A stretch of DNA of 64,000 nt from an uncultured delta proteobacterium (GCA_963804165.1 CAWDPO010000004.1:32001-96000); one strand, 5' to 3'; positions 42,090 through 52,289 are shown, counted from the first letter of the stretch. The notes: a model not told the origin generated them from the sequence alone. Made by a program: numbers and translations.

Positions 42090-42542
42090 TTTCGATTTTC
42101 CTCCTCCCCTTGTGACTTGTATGTTGTAGTCCTTGTGGACTCCCGCTGATAACTTTCAAACGTTCCCCGTGTTTAGAGCCCTCTGGACTCAAAAGCCGGA
42201 AGTAGCAGACTATATGGGTGAGCATAGAGAAGAATTTGTGGCTTGTTTGGCAGATTTTTTTGCTGGGCCTTGTTATAGGCCTTAGCCTCTTTATCCTCGC
42301 CTGGTTCATAAACTGGATCTTCAAGACCATTCTTCCAAAGCCATTCCGCGCGCCAGTATTGTTAGTCACCGGTGTCAGCTTCCTAATCATCGGTCTCTTG
42401 GGCCTGACCTCGGTTTTGGATAAAACTTCTATCGTTCAAGTTGTCCGCAGAGTTTTGACGTGGAGCCCTTTCAGTTAAAACCGCCGGGAGCCAGCCACTT
42501 GGCCAGCATCTCGGGCGCAACCCATTTCCCTCTAAGTCTCCG
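42085..42542 (+). repeat. 458-bp direct repeat, copy 2
   Basis: Matches 28183-28640. Confidence 0.95.
42218..42478 (+). CDS. Small two-TM membrane protein (copy 2)
   Basis: Identical to 28316-28576. Confidence 0.6.
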   Translation: MSIEKNLWLVWQIFLLGLVIGLSLFILAWFINWIFKTILPKPFRAPVLLVTGVSFLIIGLLGLTSVLDKTSIVQVVRRVLTWSPFS

Positions 42543-42560
42543 CGATCGAGAGATGGCCCC

Positions 42561-42593
42561 GTTTTACTTCGCTTGCTAGTATACTGTCAAGCG
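42561..42593 (-). promoter_or_regulatory. Sigma70-like promoter overlapped by a palindromic operator
   Basis: Minus strand TTGACA-N18-TAAAAC; palindrome CGCTTG-ct-AGTATACT-gt-CAAGCG at 42570-42593. Confidence 0.6.
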
Positions 42594-42824
42594 TTAGTTA
42601 CTTTTTTTCCCAGTCTCTTGATGGGCATCCGAAACGCGGTAAGTATCGAGGCTTTTGGCGTCGATTTTCCAGCCAGTCATAGTGACCTTAACGATCCTCG
42701 TCTGAATTATATCTCCGCGTTCCGCTTCAAGGCGTCCCTTCTTGATCGCGTCGTGCACAGCGGCTCTCGTAATGCCGAGCTTTTTGGCGGCCTCGGTGAT
42801 CGTGTAACTCTTTTTGGTAGGCAT
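42594..42824 (-). CDS. Excisionase/HTH DNA-binding protein
   Basis: YTITEAAKKLGITRAAVHDAIKKGRL. Confidence 0.8.
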   Translation of the reverse strand: MPTKKSYTITEAAKKLGITRAAVHDAIKKGRLEAERGDIIQTRIVKVTMTGWKIDAKSLDTYRVSDAHQETGKKSN

Positions 42825-43443
42825 ATTCGGTGCTCATCACCCTTCTCCGCTGAGTTTCAACTAATTTCCCAGCTCCGATTTAAAGCCCGTTTTCGGCGTT
42901 TTGTGTGCGAGTTAATGGTAATGTGCCACTCCCCCGATTTTGACGCAGTCTAGGCTTAACAAAATCAGCAAGTTGGCCGACCCATAATTGCTCGTTCCGG
43001 ACCCTGTTGCGCGTTGCTTTTGTTCGACGGCCGGGTGAAGCCCATTTTTTGCGATCGAAAACCGACGCTCCGCAGCCGCACGCGCAGAACGGGCGCACTT
43101 GCTGAGGCTCGGCTGCCGTCGCAGCAAAGTAGAACTCAAGGAGCGATCGATATGGAATGATGCTTTCCGGCCATCTTCCGGAAAAGAACGCGGGTAAAAA
43201 ATTCGAGGGGCTTATCGATCCGGCCGCGGAAGCGACCCGCTAACGATTGCGCGGTTAGATTGCGCCGGCGCGCGAGCTCGGCAAACTGCCGAAAAGTGAC
43301 GAGCTCAATTCTCTTGGTGGTTGACTCAGGCTCGTTTTCGGGGTTAAAGTTTTCTCGCATAGAGTTTTCCCTTTCTTTGAACGCCCGTTGCTTGGCCGCC
43401 GCGGGCGTTTTTTTGACTACAACTTTTTCATTCGCGCGTTTTC

Positions 43444-43770
43444 CTAAAACCATTCGATATTTTTCAGCCGCTCCTCGCGCTCTTGGCGGGTCTTGGCTTC
43501 TGCGAGCACTCGCTTTTCCCACCTGTCACGCTCCGGCTGGGCATTGCGCTTCGGCTGCTTTGGTCTCGGCTCGGGCTCTGATTTCATGACCGCACGAATG
43601 ACGCTGGCGCAGCGCCCCTGATCGCTTTCGTCGAATTGGCCGAAGGTATCCCTGATTTTCGCGGCAATTCGGTTTGATTCACTCGCGCGATAATTTTTAT
43701 GCCATGGCTGATCGTAGCAGCGGTTAACGACCAAGTAGCCATCGATCATCGAGATTAAGATACTTTTCAT
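43444..43770 (-). CDS. Hypothetical protein
   Basis: RBS AAGGAGG; co-oriented within the island. Confidence 0.5.
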   Translation of the reverse strand: MKSILISMIDGYLVVNRCYDQPWHKNYRASESNRIAAKIRDTFGQFDESDQGRCASVIRAVMKSEPEPRPKQPKRNAQPERDRWEKRVLAEAKTRQEREERLKNIEWF

Positions 43771-43780
43771 TTTTTCCTCC

Positions 43781-44485
43781 TTACTTCTTCCGGAGTTCTT
43801 TCACGTCGGCCAATGGCATCTCGACGGTTTCAAACCGATTGAAGTCAGGCAGACCCTTTTTGAGTTTCTCGAGCCGCGCCGTGATTTGATCGGCCGGGAT
43901 CACGTTGAATTTCATGCCCTCGGCTTCCGCAATTGCCGCTTTGATATAAGCTCGCTTCTTTTCAACCGCTTGAGAATTCGAGTCGATGATTGTGACTTTA
44001 ACCTCGCCCGTGATGCGCGCCTTAGCGCCTGGCCGATATCCCAACTTGAATTCGTTGCGCGCCTTCTCGTCGGCCGTGAGCATCTCATAGAGAAAGTCGT
44101 CTATTTCCTGGGGTGCGGTCTTTTTGATCTCCCCATCGATCTTGGAGACATTGAAGCTATAATCGAGACTCGCGCATAACCTGGAATGTTGGGCGGCCGC
44201 TCTTTCCCGAGTCGCCGCCTGAAGCGCTTCATGCGCCAGCCGCTCTTTTTCCTGCGCTTCCAAAATCGCGGCCTCTAAGGCGGGCACTGCAGCAGCCCAG
44301 TCCTGATTGATCTGGTCACGTTGCGCGAGTAGCTCGCGAAGCCTGGTCAAACGTCTATCGTCGCGTTCACGCCGTAGTAATTCCAGTTGAGGGGAGTCTT
44401 TCAGCAGCGAAACGATTTCGTCTGCCGCTTCAGCGGCTTTCTCCTCGTCCGATTTAAAAAATCGATTCAAGCGTTCCGTGAGCAT
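43781..44485 (-). CDS. Coiled-coil hypothetical protein
   Basis: 234 aa, helical, E/K/R/A-rich. Confidence 0.65.
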   Translation of the reverse strand: MLTERLNRFFKSDEEKAAEAADEIVSLLKDSPQLELLRRERDDRRLTRLRELLAQRDQINQDWAAAVPALEAAILEAQEKERLAHEALQAATRERAAAQHSRLCASLDYSFNVSKIDGEIKKTAPQEIDDFLYEMLTADEKARNEFKLGYRPGAKARITGEVKVTIIDSNSQAVEKKRAYIKAAIAEAEGMKFNVIPADQITARLEKLKKGLPDFNRFETVEMPLADVKELRKK

Positions 44486-45185
44486 AAGTTTTTTCTCTCT
44501 CTTTTTATTTTGATAACTGATCCCAAGCTGCTTCGTATCTCAAGGAGATCATCGCGAATGGTGCTGAGCAGATCGGAGGATCTATCGTTGCTCCGCGGCG
44601 GCATGATTTCGATCGCTGCAATGATCGAAGACAAGCGACGGCGAATCCGTTCAGGCGTCCAGGCCTCGCCCTCATGCTCCATGGTCATCGTCATTTTTCC
44701 TGCAATCTGCCGCGGACGACTTCGAGCCGGCGGCGTGCATCCGCGATCGCGCCCCTGAGTGATGCGGGTCCGTCGCCGTAGCGGATCGCAATTATGATTT
44801 GCTGTTCGGTTGGTAGCAGTTCGATAATCTGCCCAACTTCGGTCTCGATTTCACTTTGCGTTTGCCTGTTCACGATGGATGGTCCTTTCTAAGCCGGCGG
44901 CGGCAGACTCGGCCTGAGAATTCTTTCCACCCGGCGCGCAAAGATCTTTGACTTCGCGAATCCCGACGCTCACCGTGCCGGGCTTGAACATCTTCTCGAC
45001 CTCGTCAAAGACGATGCCCGAGAACGACGCCTTCAAGATCGCCGTGGGGTCCGCGCGGCGATATCCGGCGGAGATGCAGCGCTCGGTCTGTTTTTAGTTA
45101 ATCTCATTTGTGTGTTGTCCTCCCTTTTTTTTAAAAAGCGGCCCGTCCTGCACCCTTTTTCCCGCGTCCAGCGCTGTTCTGTCGA

Positions 45186-45572
45186 TCATTCTTTTCTTGT
45201 TCTTTTCGCATTTACGGCACCCTCGAAGAAAAATCCGAGCTTACGAGCCAATGTCTGGCAGCGCAGCGTGTAGCGGTTGAGAGACTGCTCGATATGGGCC
45301 TCGCTTTCCCGTTTTGATCGAGGACTTTCCTTGACCCGTCGTAAAATCCGGAGTTGATCTCGGTACGAAACAAACCAGTCGAATGCGTCAGCGTATTCGA
45401 GCGCCAAGGTGTTATCGCCTGTGGCATCAATGCGTCGACGAACGCGCGAGAGAGTGACCACGCGGTAATATTCTCTCCGCGCCTTAACCGAAAGGGTGGG
45501 CCGCCCGGGAGCGAGCCAAACCGGAATATTGCGAGAAGCACACTCGAAGAATACGCCTCTCAAGGCGGTCAT
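45186..45572 (-). CDS. Hypothetical protein
   Basis: 128-aa ORF co-oriented after the TerS genes. Confidence 0.45.
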   Translation of the reverse strand: MTALRGVFFECASRNIPVWLAPGRPTLSVKARREYYRVVTLSRVRRRIDATGDNTLALEYADAFDWFVSYRDQLRILRRVKESPRSKRESEAHIEQSLNRYTLRCQTLARKLGFFFEGAVNAKRTRKE

Positions 45573-45939
45573 ATTTCGTCGAAAGCGGAAGGGGATGCTT
45601 GAGATTCATCCTGCCGCTTCGATCGAGGGCAAACCCAAAGTCAAGCGCCGCTTGTGAGCAGTTTCGACGCGCATCCATGAGCGCGGACTTTGCGCCGCGT
45701 ACGACATGGCCGCGCTGTGCCCAGCGAGCCATCGCTTTTCGAAGGCCTTGATATGTCGAAAATGAAGCGCAGTAAAACTGAAGCGCCATTTCAAACGCTC
45801 GCTCTAATCGCCCAAGCCGGCGAAGCGTCGGCGCAACACGTTCCCATTCCTGGCGCGCAAGGTTGTCACCGAAGTCACGGCCTGACCGACGCGGCAGAAT
45901 GCTCGCATTGGGAAGTTTGAAAATTTTCGCCTTGGTCAT
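45484..45939 (-). CDS. P27-family terminase small subunit-like (paralogue 2)
   Basis: ARQEWERVAPTLRRLGRL...ALQFYCAS...DFGF pattern. Confidence 0.65.
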   Translation of the reverse strand: MTKAKIFKLPNASILPRRSGRDFGDNLARQEWERVAPTLRRLGRLERAFEMALQFYCASFSTYQGLRKAMARWAQRGHVVRGAKSALMDARRNCSQAALDFGFALDRSGRMNLKHPLPLSTKYDRLERRILRVCFSQYSGLARSRAAHPFG

Positions 45940-45941
45940 AC

Positions 45942-46400
45942 TCAGGCCAGAAACCGTCGAGCGCCGAAAAACCGTCGGCTCTTATATTTGTTCACCGGAT
46001 CGTCATCCTCATCGGGAGGAAGAGCTCGCAGTTTGGAACGATCACCGGGATTAAGTCCGAATGCGGCCATCACGGCCCAACATTGGGCAAAGGCTGCGCG
46101 GGCGATACCGACGTGCGGTCTTGCAGTTTCGCCGTTTGCCACCGTCGTATGCGTCAAATTGTCGTTCAAACTCTCCATGGCGCGTTGATAGACACTCCAC
46201 CATTGCGCCGCGGCGGCGAGCGCATGAAGGTCCGCCTCTGAAAGAACTCGAACGCGCTTGAGCAAGACGGCGTAGTATCGCCAAAACTTGTGGGCATGAG
46301 GATCGAGCTTCACCGGACAATCCAGCCGTTGCGCCAGCCGTGGTTGCGGCTCGGCAGAATTTAAAGGTCTTCCTCCGGGATTCGGCGCCTTCCTGCCAAG
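45942..46400 (-). CDS. P27-family terminase small subunit (paralogue 1; start uncertain)
   Basis: NPGGRPLNSAEPQP upstream in frame; VLSEADL, HVGIAR, FGLNPGDRSKL. Confidence 0.78.
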   Translation of the reverse strand, partial: LGRKAPNPGGRPLNSAEPQPRLAQRLDCPVKLDPHAHKFWRYYAVLLKRVRVLSEADLHALAAAAQWWSVYQRAMESLNDNLTHTTVANGETARPHVGIARAAFAQCWAVMAAFGLNPGDRSKLRALPPDEDDDPVNKYKSRRFFGARRFLA

Positions 46401-46442
46401 CGACGAAGCTCATCTCGAGGATTTTCTTTCCGATCTTCACTG

Positions 46443-46694
46443 TCACTTTTTCGATTGCCATGGGTTCAACCTTGAGTTGATACTGAAGCTAAACTCGAAA
46501 CCGATCTTCGTTGCCCTTCTCGCTCCCGGACTTTTATCCAGCGCTCGAGTGTTTCTCGGTCGACTCTCAAAATTTTCTTCCGCTTGCCGCTGCGTATCGT
46601 TACCGTCGGGATTGCGCCCTCGATCATTAGGGCGCGCGCTCGATCGGCTCACGCCCAAGACGTCGGCGACTTCTTCAGGACGCAGCAGCTTCAT
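46443..46694 (-). CDS. Excisionase/AlpA-like HTH, probably frameshifted
   Basis: MKLLRPEEVADVLGVSRS; coupled to the primase stop codon. Confidence 0.6.
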   Translation of the reverse strand: MKLLRPEEVADVLGVSRSSARPNDRGRNPDGNDTQRQAEENFESRPRNTRALDKSPGARRATKIGFEFSFSINSRLNPWQSKK

Positions 46695-48283
46695 TGGTCG
46701 GACGCTCGTTTAACAACTCGCCCGCCGAAAATTGATAGCGCCGCGGATTCTAGTCCCGACCCCATCGAAATTCGTTTCTCGTCCCAGCTAGTCCCATGCT
46801 CGTCCCGACCGTTGGGACTAGAATCTTCCGCATTCTTTTCAATGCGTTGTGCGTTTTTTTCGGATGCTAGTCCCGAAGTGCCGTTTCCTAGAGAATGAAG
46901 ATAAGGACTAGAATCTTTTTTCCCCCTTAAGAATCCCCCTTCTCGGAGACCATCGGAATGGTCCATCGGCCTTTCACCACTGGCCATCAGGCTACCGGCG
47001 AGTGAGTACAAAAACGGCTGGCCTCTCTTGCCGGTGCCAGTACGCTCGACGTCGCCGTTTTTGAAAAGTGAGCGCAGTGCCTTGCCGACAATCCAGCCGC
47101 GCATTGGAACGGCCTTCCGGATCTCGCCCTCGCGCTGCTCTCCGTCGTCTTCAAGCACTTTGAGTATCAGCGGCGCCGCTTCTTCAATCTCGACGTCGTC
47201 GACGGTACCTTGAACGTAAAGGCGCCCGGTTATTTTCTCGAATCCGATGCCCACTTCGCCGAAGTTTTTTCCGCCGCGTTGGTCGCTGCTCAGAATGCGG
47301 CGCTCACTATTCGCCAGCCGTTTTGCAAACAGGTAGGTGTAGCAAAGGCCACGAATTGCCGTTGAACCGATTGAAGCGTCCAAATCGTCACGCGAGTCCT
47401 TCTTGGCATGGTGCAGCGTCATCACATGGCAGTTTCCGGCCCTCGCCGCTTCGAGTAGCGGTTCCATCTTCAAAGTGACTTCGGAATAATCGTTGATGTT
47501 CTCGAAGCGGCAAAGCATCTGCAAAACGTCGATGATCACCAGGCGCGCGCCCTTGTCTTTCACCGCTGCCAGTATCCAGGCGATGGCATCGACCGGCGCG
47601 CTGCCGGCGTGAATGAAAACGGGGTCAGTCTCTCGAAGCCCGAGAGAAATAAAAGTATCGGCGATGTCAGGTAGGGGCCCGTCAAGAAAAACGTACGCCA
47701 CAGGGGATTGCTGCGTTACACGTCCAAGCCACGGCTCGCCGCGGGCAATGGATATCGAGAGATCGGCGGCTATCGTGCTCTTGCCTACTTTCGGCTTTGA
47801 GACTAAGACAGATGCACCACCGGCCGGCAAACAATCGGCGACAATCCAGCGGTTAGGATCTTTCGGCGCTTGTAGAATTTCCTTCGCTGTCAAAAACTCT
47901 GGCCATATCTCGGATTGTTTAGTCTGTGCGGACTTCGTCGGCTTGTACCGCTGATAAACCCGTGCAACTTTCTCGAGAGCGATGCGTTCAGAAAATGGCG
48001 GATCGCAATTCTTGGCGGCCTCGAGAATCAACGTCTCGGCCATCTCGCGCGGGACGTCGGCGTTTCTTAGTTTGCAGGCGAGCTTGAAAAGAGTTTGATC
48101 GCGCTGGCCCTCTGGTACGCCATGCAGAGCTCCGGCCGTGTTGAAGCGATCGCGGGCGCTCTCATTGCTCGACGGTTCAGAAATCAGGTTAAACAGCTCG
48201 GGTGGCAGCTTGGGAAGCTCGCCGCTTATAGATACTTCCCAAGCGTAGGGCTTTCCGTTCTCGTGAATAGAAGGGACGGACAT
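46691..48283 (-). CDS. Primase C-terminal (PriCT) plus AAA_25/RepA-like helicase; N-terminal prim-pol domain deleted
   Basis: PSIHENGKPYAW (end of prim-pol), EGQRDQTLFKLACKL, KPKVGKS Walker A, VIIDVLQ, LHHAKK, IGSTAI. Confidence 0.8.
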   Translation of the reverse strand: MSVPSIHENGKPYAWEVSISGELPKLPPELFNLISEPSSNESARDRFNTAGALHGVPEGQRDQTLFKLACKLRNADVPREMAETLILEAAKNCDPPFSERIALEKVARVYQRYKPTKSAQTKQSEIWPEFLTAKEILQAPKDPNRWIVADCLPAGGASVLVSKPKVGKSTIAADLSISIARGEPWLGRVTQQSPVAYVFLDGPLPDIADTFISLGLRETDPVFIHAGSAPVDAIAWILAAVKDKGARLVIIDVLQMLCRFENINDYSEVTLKMEPLLEAARAGNCHVMTLHHAKKDSRDDLDASIGSTAIRGLCYTYLFAKRLANSERRILSSDQRGGKNFGEVGIGFEKITGRLYVQGTVDDVEIEEAAPLILKVLEDDGEQREGEIRKAVPMRGWIVGKALRSLFKNGDVERTGTGKRGQPFLYSLAGSLMASGERPMDHSDGLREGGFLRGKKDSSPYLHSLGNGTSGLASEKNAQRIEKNAEDSSPNGRDEHGTSWDEKRISMGSGLESAALSIFGGRVVKRASDQ

Positions 48284-48355
48284 CTACGTCACGCAAGTTT
48301 CAGCGGACTCCGAACGGACAAGCGCGCTGAGGAAGTGATCAGGGAATCACATTAG
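48272..48355 (+). pseudogene. C-terminal fragment of LigD ATP-dependent DNA ligase
   Basis: DGHLRHASFSGLRTDKRAEEVIRE. Confidence 0.7.
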
Positions 48356-48918
48356 AAGACGTGCTGGTGTTTGCTGCGGGTTCTGCTAACTGGCTTCAAG
48401 GCGAAATTCCTCTGGCGTCCATCTTTGTTATCGTGTCTCAAGTTCTATGGCAGCAGGTTTACCCAAATGGCAGCGTTTGGTCGTCCTACTACGCTTGAAA
48501 GTTTATGGCATCGCCTTTGCGCTTTGTCCCAGCGGGAAAATTCCGAAAGCGAGGAGAAAAAGGGCATGCGATTGGAAAAAGCCATAAAAGTGTTAAAGCG
48601 CGTCTGGAAGGGTGTTGTTTGGGCTGAATTGGTGCTTGCGACTGTGTTACTTCTCTTCTTCTCGCAATTTTTTTCTTACGACGTTTTCGTATCAATTCTC
48701 CATCGACGGGCTGCGGCTGCAGCTTTCACCCAGCCGCGATAGCTTGCCGCGGGCGCGGTTCGACGAGGTCTGCGGGAAGGCCGGGAGGGCGAGCTGAACC
48801 GCACACACCGCTGGCTGGAACCGGTTCCGCTCTCTCCCAACCCGACCAGCCGCCGCGGGTTACTCTCCGCGATCCTAACCAGCCGTCGCCTGAAGTAACA
48901 CAGCATCCAACCCGAGAG

Positions 48919-49290
48919 TTATCTCTCACTTTGAGTAAATCGCTCGATCCTTGCTTTGATAACGTCTAGCGAGATCGGCTTTTCCAAATAATCGACCATG
49001 CCCGCCTCTAAAGCTTCTCCCCGAGTGTGGGGTCCAAGAAAAGCACTGCAACCGATGATGGGTATTTGAGCACTCGCTGAATTCTTTCGTATCGCGCGGG
49101 CGACCTCTGCGCCTTTCATATCTGGGAGATCGATGTCCAACAAGATAAGCGTGGGTCTATCGGAGATAGCTACTTTCACTGCATCTGCGCCGCTTGCGGC
49201 TTCTGAAACCTCATAGCCACAACGATGGAGCATCAGCGCCAAAATTTCTCTCAGGTGCAGATTGTCCTCAACGATGAGAATCTTCGGCAT
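48919..49290 (-). CDS. Single-domain response regulator (DivK/CheY-like)
   Basis: ILIVEDN, ILLDIDLPDM, YLEKP. Confidence 0.88.
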   Translation of the reverse strand: MPKILIVEDNLHLREILALMLHRCGYEVSEAASGADAVKVAISDRPTLILLDIDLPDMKGAEVARAIRKNSASAQIPIIGCSAFLGPHTRGEALEAGMVDYLEKPISLDVIKARIERFTQSER

Positions 49291-49312
49291 ATTGGGGCGG
49301 AGTGAAGCTTAG

Positions 49313-49711
49313 CTAAGGGGTGGTTTCAAAGCACGGAGATTGTATTGGCCGAGGTCTACTTCCGGAAGTCCCCAGGTACTTGTTCAATACTTCTCTCACG
49401 TCGGCGGAGGAAATGGGCTTGATTAAAACGGTGGCGGCGTTCGACAACGCTTCCTCTATCCGAGTTGCGGTTCGCTCCGCGGTGTAAATTACAATGGGGA
49501 AGCTAAAGGGAAATTGATTGCTCTTTAGCCAGGCGGCGATTTCAACACCGTCTGCAATCATGACCAAATCGGGTCGGTCACTCACCGATTTTTCTATGCC
49601 TTGGGCGATTTCTTCGGCTTGTATCACCTCATAGCCGACGCGGCGCACAATCGTTGCCATCGCGTGTCGGTACTCGAGATTGTTATCGACCAAGAGAATC
49701 TTTTTTGCCAT
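49313..49711 (-). CDS. Degenerate receiver-domain protein
   Basis: KILLVDNN, PDLVMIA (phospho-Asp lost), LIKP. Confidence 0.7.
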   Translation of the reverse strand: MAKKILLVDNNLEYRHAMATIVRRVGYEVIQAEEIAQGIEKSVSDRPDLVMIADGVEIAAWLKSNQFPFSFPIVIYTAERTATRIEEALSNAATVLIKPISSADVREVLNKYLGTSGSRPRPIQSPCFETTP

Positions 49712-50780
49712 CGATTTTCCGCAGCGTTATTTTTCGGTGCCCTTGCACTACGACGTGTATCTCAACCGAGTTGTGGAATTCTTTCGGCTGAATCCGTGCT
49801 GATTCTGCAATTACGTCTTTCAATAGTTCCACGCCCGAATTGATTCCGGCATTTGCCACGTACCGTTGTAGCCATGAAAGAGTTTATCAGTTGTATGCAT
49901 TTCGCGTTTCATTTTATGGTGCCTTTTTAGGACTCCACACAAAGCAATCGCAGGGCCGTCAGCTAACCGTGGCAATCGAGGGCGCAATGCTTCCTTCTGT
50001 ACCCATACTGACCCGTGTTCACAACTTTTTCATGCGCCATTTTTGCTTTACCGGGAATATTTACGCGCGAAACCGTTCCCCCGTCGACGGTGATTGCATA
50101 GGCTTTCTTTGACAAAAGAGCCGGGTGAAAGGATAAGCCGCGCCCTCTCTCACTGACCAACCACCGCCGCGCGCCACACCCGCATTACTCAGCTCTATAT
50201 CGCCTCGACATATCGGAATCTTTTTTCAAGCCTGGAAACGTTGTACGAAGAAATAATGAATGCGATTCCGCCTTTCCTGCCGTGGGTCGTTGTTATCCTC
50301 GGCATCTCGATAATTTTCGCTGCCGCGGCGACCGACCACCACGAAGGAAGTCCGGTTCTGTTTACTGCAGGTGGAGTCTTTAGTGTCGCCGGATTAGTGA
50401 TGAGGTGCGTGCCAAAAGCAATGCCCGCACTGCGGCACTTCTATTGCGCTCCGACCAAAGATAACGTTTCGATGATTAGTTCCTCGGGCGGTAGGTTTTT
50501 GGCCATAGACAATTCTTCCTTTCTCAAGACAAACCGCGCCAACAGCGTATTATTCCTGTTTTCTTTCCCGTTTCGCTGGGGTTGACTTGCACCGCTGAGC
50601 AAACGCTGGATGTGACGGTCAAAACGTGACAGATGAGGTCATCAGTTTGGTGAAAAACTGGAAATTATTTGCACTAAACTAAGAAACTTATAGACAAAAT
50701 TTCTTAGTGTGCTATCGACAAGACCTTCACCGCTCCGACAGCGCCAAGCGCGCGATTTGGACGGTCAAGCAGGATCCGAA

Positions 50781-51170
50781 ATGAGTCACGCCACGTCACT
50801 GAGAACAATCGGACAGTCGCTTGAGAAAGCTCGAGTGACGGTCTTTGAAATCGAGAATAATCGCGGCAATTATCTCGTCCTCAGCAATTCGTTGACCCAT
50901 CGGTTGATGCGTTTCAGTTCTGCCGACATTTTGCGGCATGAAGGGCAGGCAAAAAAGCAGAGACATCGTCATTATTTTTTTCGCGGATTAGCCAAGAATA
51001 AACTTTCCCATGCGCTACGTAGTTTAGGCGATCACCTTGATAGAGCCGAAGCACGTGCATTTCACATTTCCTGGACGCCTCATTTGGTTCTTGTAAATTC
51101 CGAGAGACCTGGTGGACCGAGCGATAGTCGAAGCTTTACGGTTAAAGAGCTGCACCATGGTCAAAGATAA
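50781..51170 (+). CDS. Hypothetical protein
   Basis: Internal repeat SLRTIGQSLE / ALRSLGDHLD. Confidence 0.5.
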   Translation: MSHATSLRTIGQSLEKARVTVFEIENNRGNYLVLSNSLTHRLMRFSSADILRHEGQAKKQRHRHYFFRGLAKNKLSHALRSLGDHLDRAEARAFHISWTPHLVLVNSERPGGPSDSRSFTVKELHHGQR

Positions 51171-51327
51171 GCAACTGACCGATCTCCAATCCGTCAACGC
51201 GCAGATGGCCCAGCTCTCACGCCAGATTCTAACCGAGCCGTACAATCCAAAGCGTGAGGAGCAGGTCAAAGAACTCGACCGACTTAAAGAGCAGGCCAGG
51301 CTACTACGAAACCAACAGCTGATCTGA
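51157..51327 (+). CDS. Small helical hypothetical protein
   Basis: 56-aa coiled-coil-like ORF. Confidence 0.35.
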   Translation: MVKDKQLTDLQSVNAQMAQLSRQILTEPYNPKREEQVKELDRLKEQARLLRNQQLI

Positions 51328-52289
51328 ACGCGTGACTTGAACAGCGCTGATGTTGGTGATAACTGCACGGCGCCATGCTTTATGACATCCTCCTTGCCGT
51401 CGTGATTCTCGTACCAACAGTGTTCGTGTATCGATGGACATGTCGCCCTGACATGCCAAAGAAAATCGAGAGAGCCGGAAGCCGAAAAGAAGAACGCTCT
51501 TTCGCAGCTGTCTCAGTGACCAATCAGGTAAAGACCACGCCTGCCAAGTTGGAGCAAGAGCACGCGTTCTAAGCTTTACGCGATCTGAACTCCCACCGCA
51601 CTGGCATCCTCGCCAGCTCAGCGTTTAATCGATCGATCTCGTCTTTGATCTTTTCATCCTTGGTTCGGTGGTATTGCGTACCAAGCCGGCCAAGGCGCTG
51701 ATCGATCGCATAGCGGACGGCGGCATGAATGCCGGCAAAGTTAACGCGAAGGTTTTGCTGTTGCCCTTCGCCATCGTCATTGGCGTCGGTCGCGGTTTGA
51801 ATAGCTATCAGGCGGGCGCCGGTTGCTGTGCTAGCTAGAGGCGCTAGCGCCGAAAGAGCCGGAGACCGACGATCATGACCACGTAGGCCATGGCGGTCGA
51901 GAAGACCAGATTGACGCCCCAGCTGAACGGCTCCAGCATTTTGGCGAGGATCAAGCCCAGGCTCCCGGCGCCTACGAGATAAAGCACCAGTTTGATGCGC
52001 GGAACTCCCATTTGCGTTCCGGCCCTGGCTGACCTGGCGAGATGTAGTAAGAAAAACGCGGTTAATTTTCGATGGGCAATCTTACACTACCGTGTCGGTG
52101 TGGCTGAATCTACCTATCACAGCAAATTGACAAATATCCCTGCTCGGCTTGCGTTATCGCGGAATCGGTCGGCGCACTATAGCGAGTTGCCGGCGCAGTT
52201 TATCGATCTCGGCCTTGTTCTCTCGGAAGCCAGCGCCAAGCTCATTCATTTTGTCCACGAGCAGAACGATGCATGCCTGTTGAATGCCT

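Larger units (their letters stand above)
40886..48283 (-). mobile_element. Island 2: phage-satellite (PICI-like) element at the 5' side of tRNA-Ser(TGA); far end deleted
   Basis: Co-oriented primase/helicase, HTH, two P27-type TerS, small ORFs, HTH and integrase; no capsid or tail genes. Confidence 0.82.

Noticed and set aside
42830-42850. Possible displaced 5' fragment of tRNA-Ser(TGA)
   Set aside because: GCTCATCACCCTTCTCCG is only a loose match and doubles as the RBS region of the HTH gene
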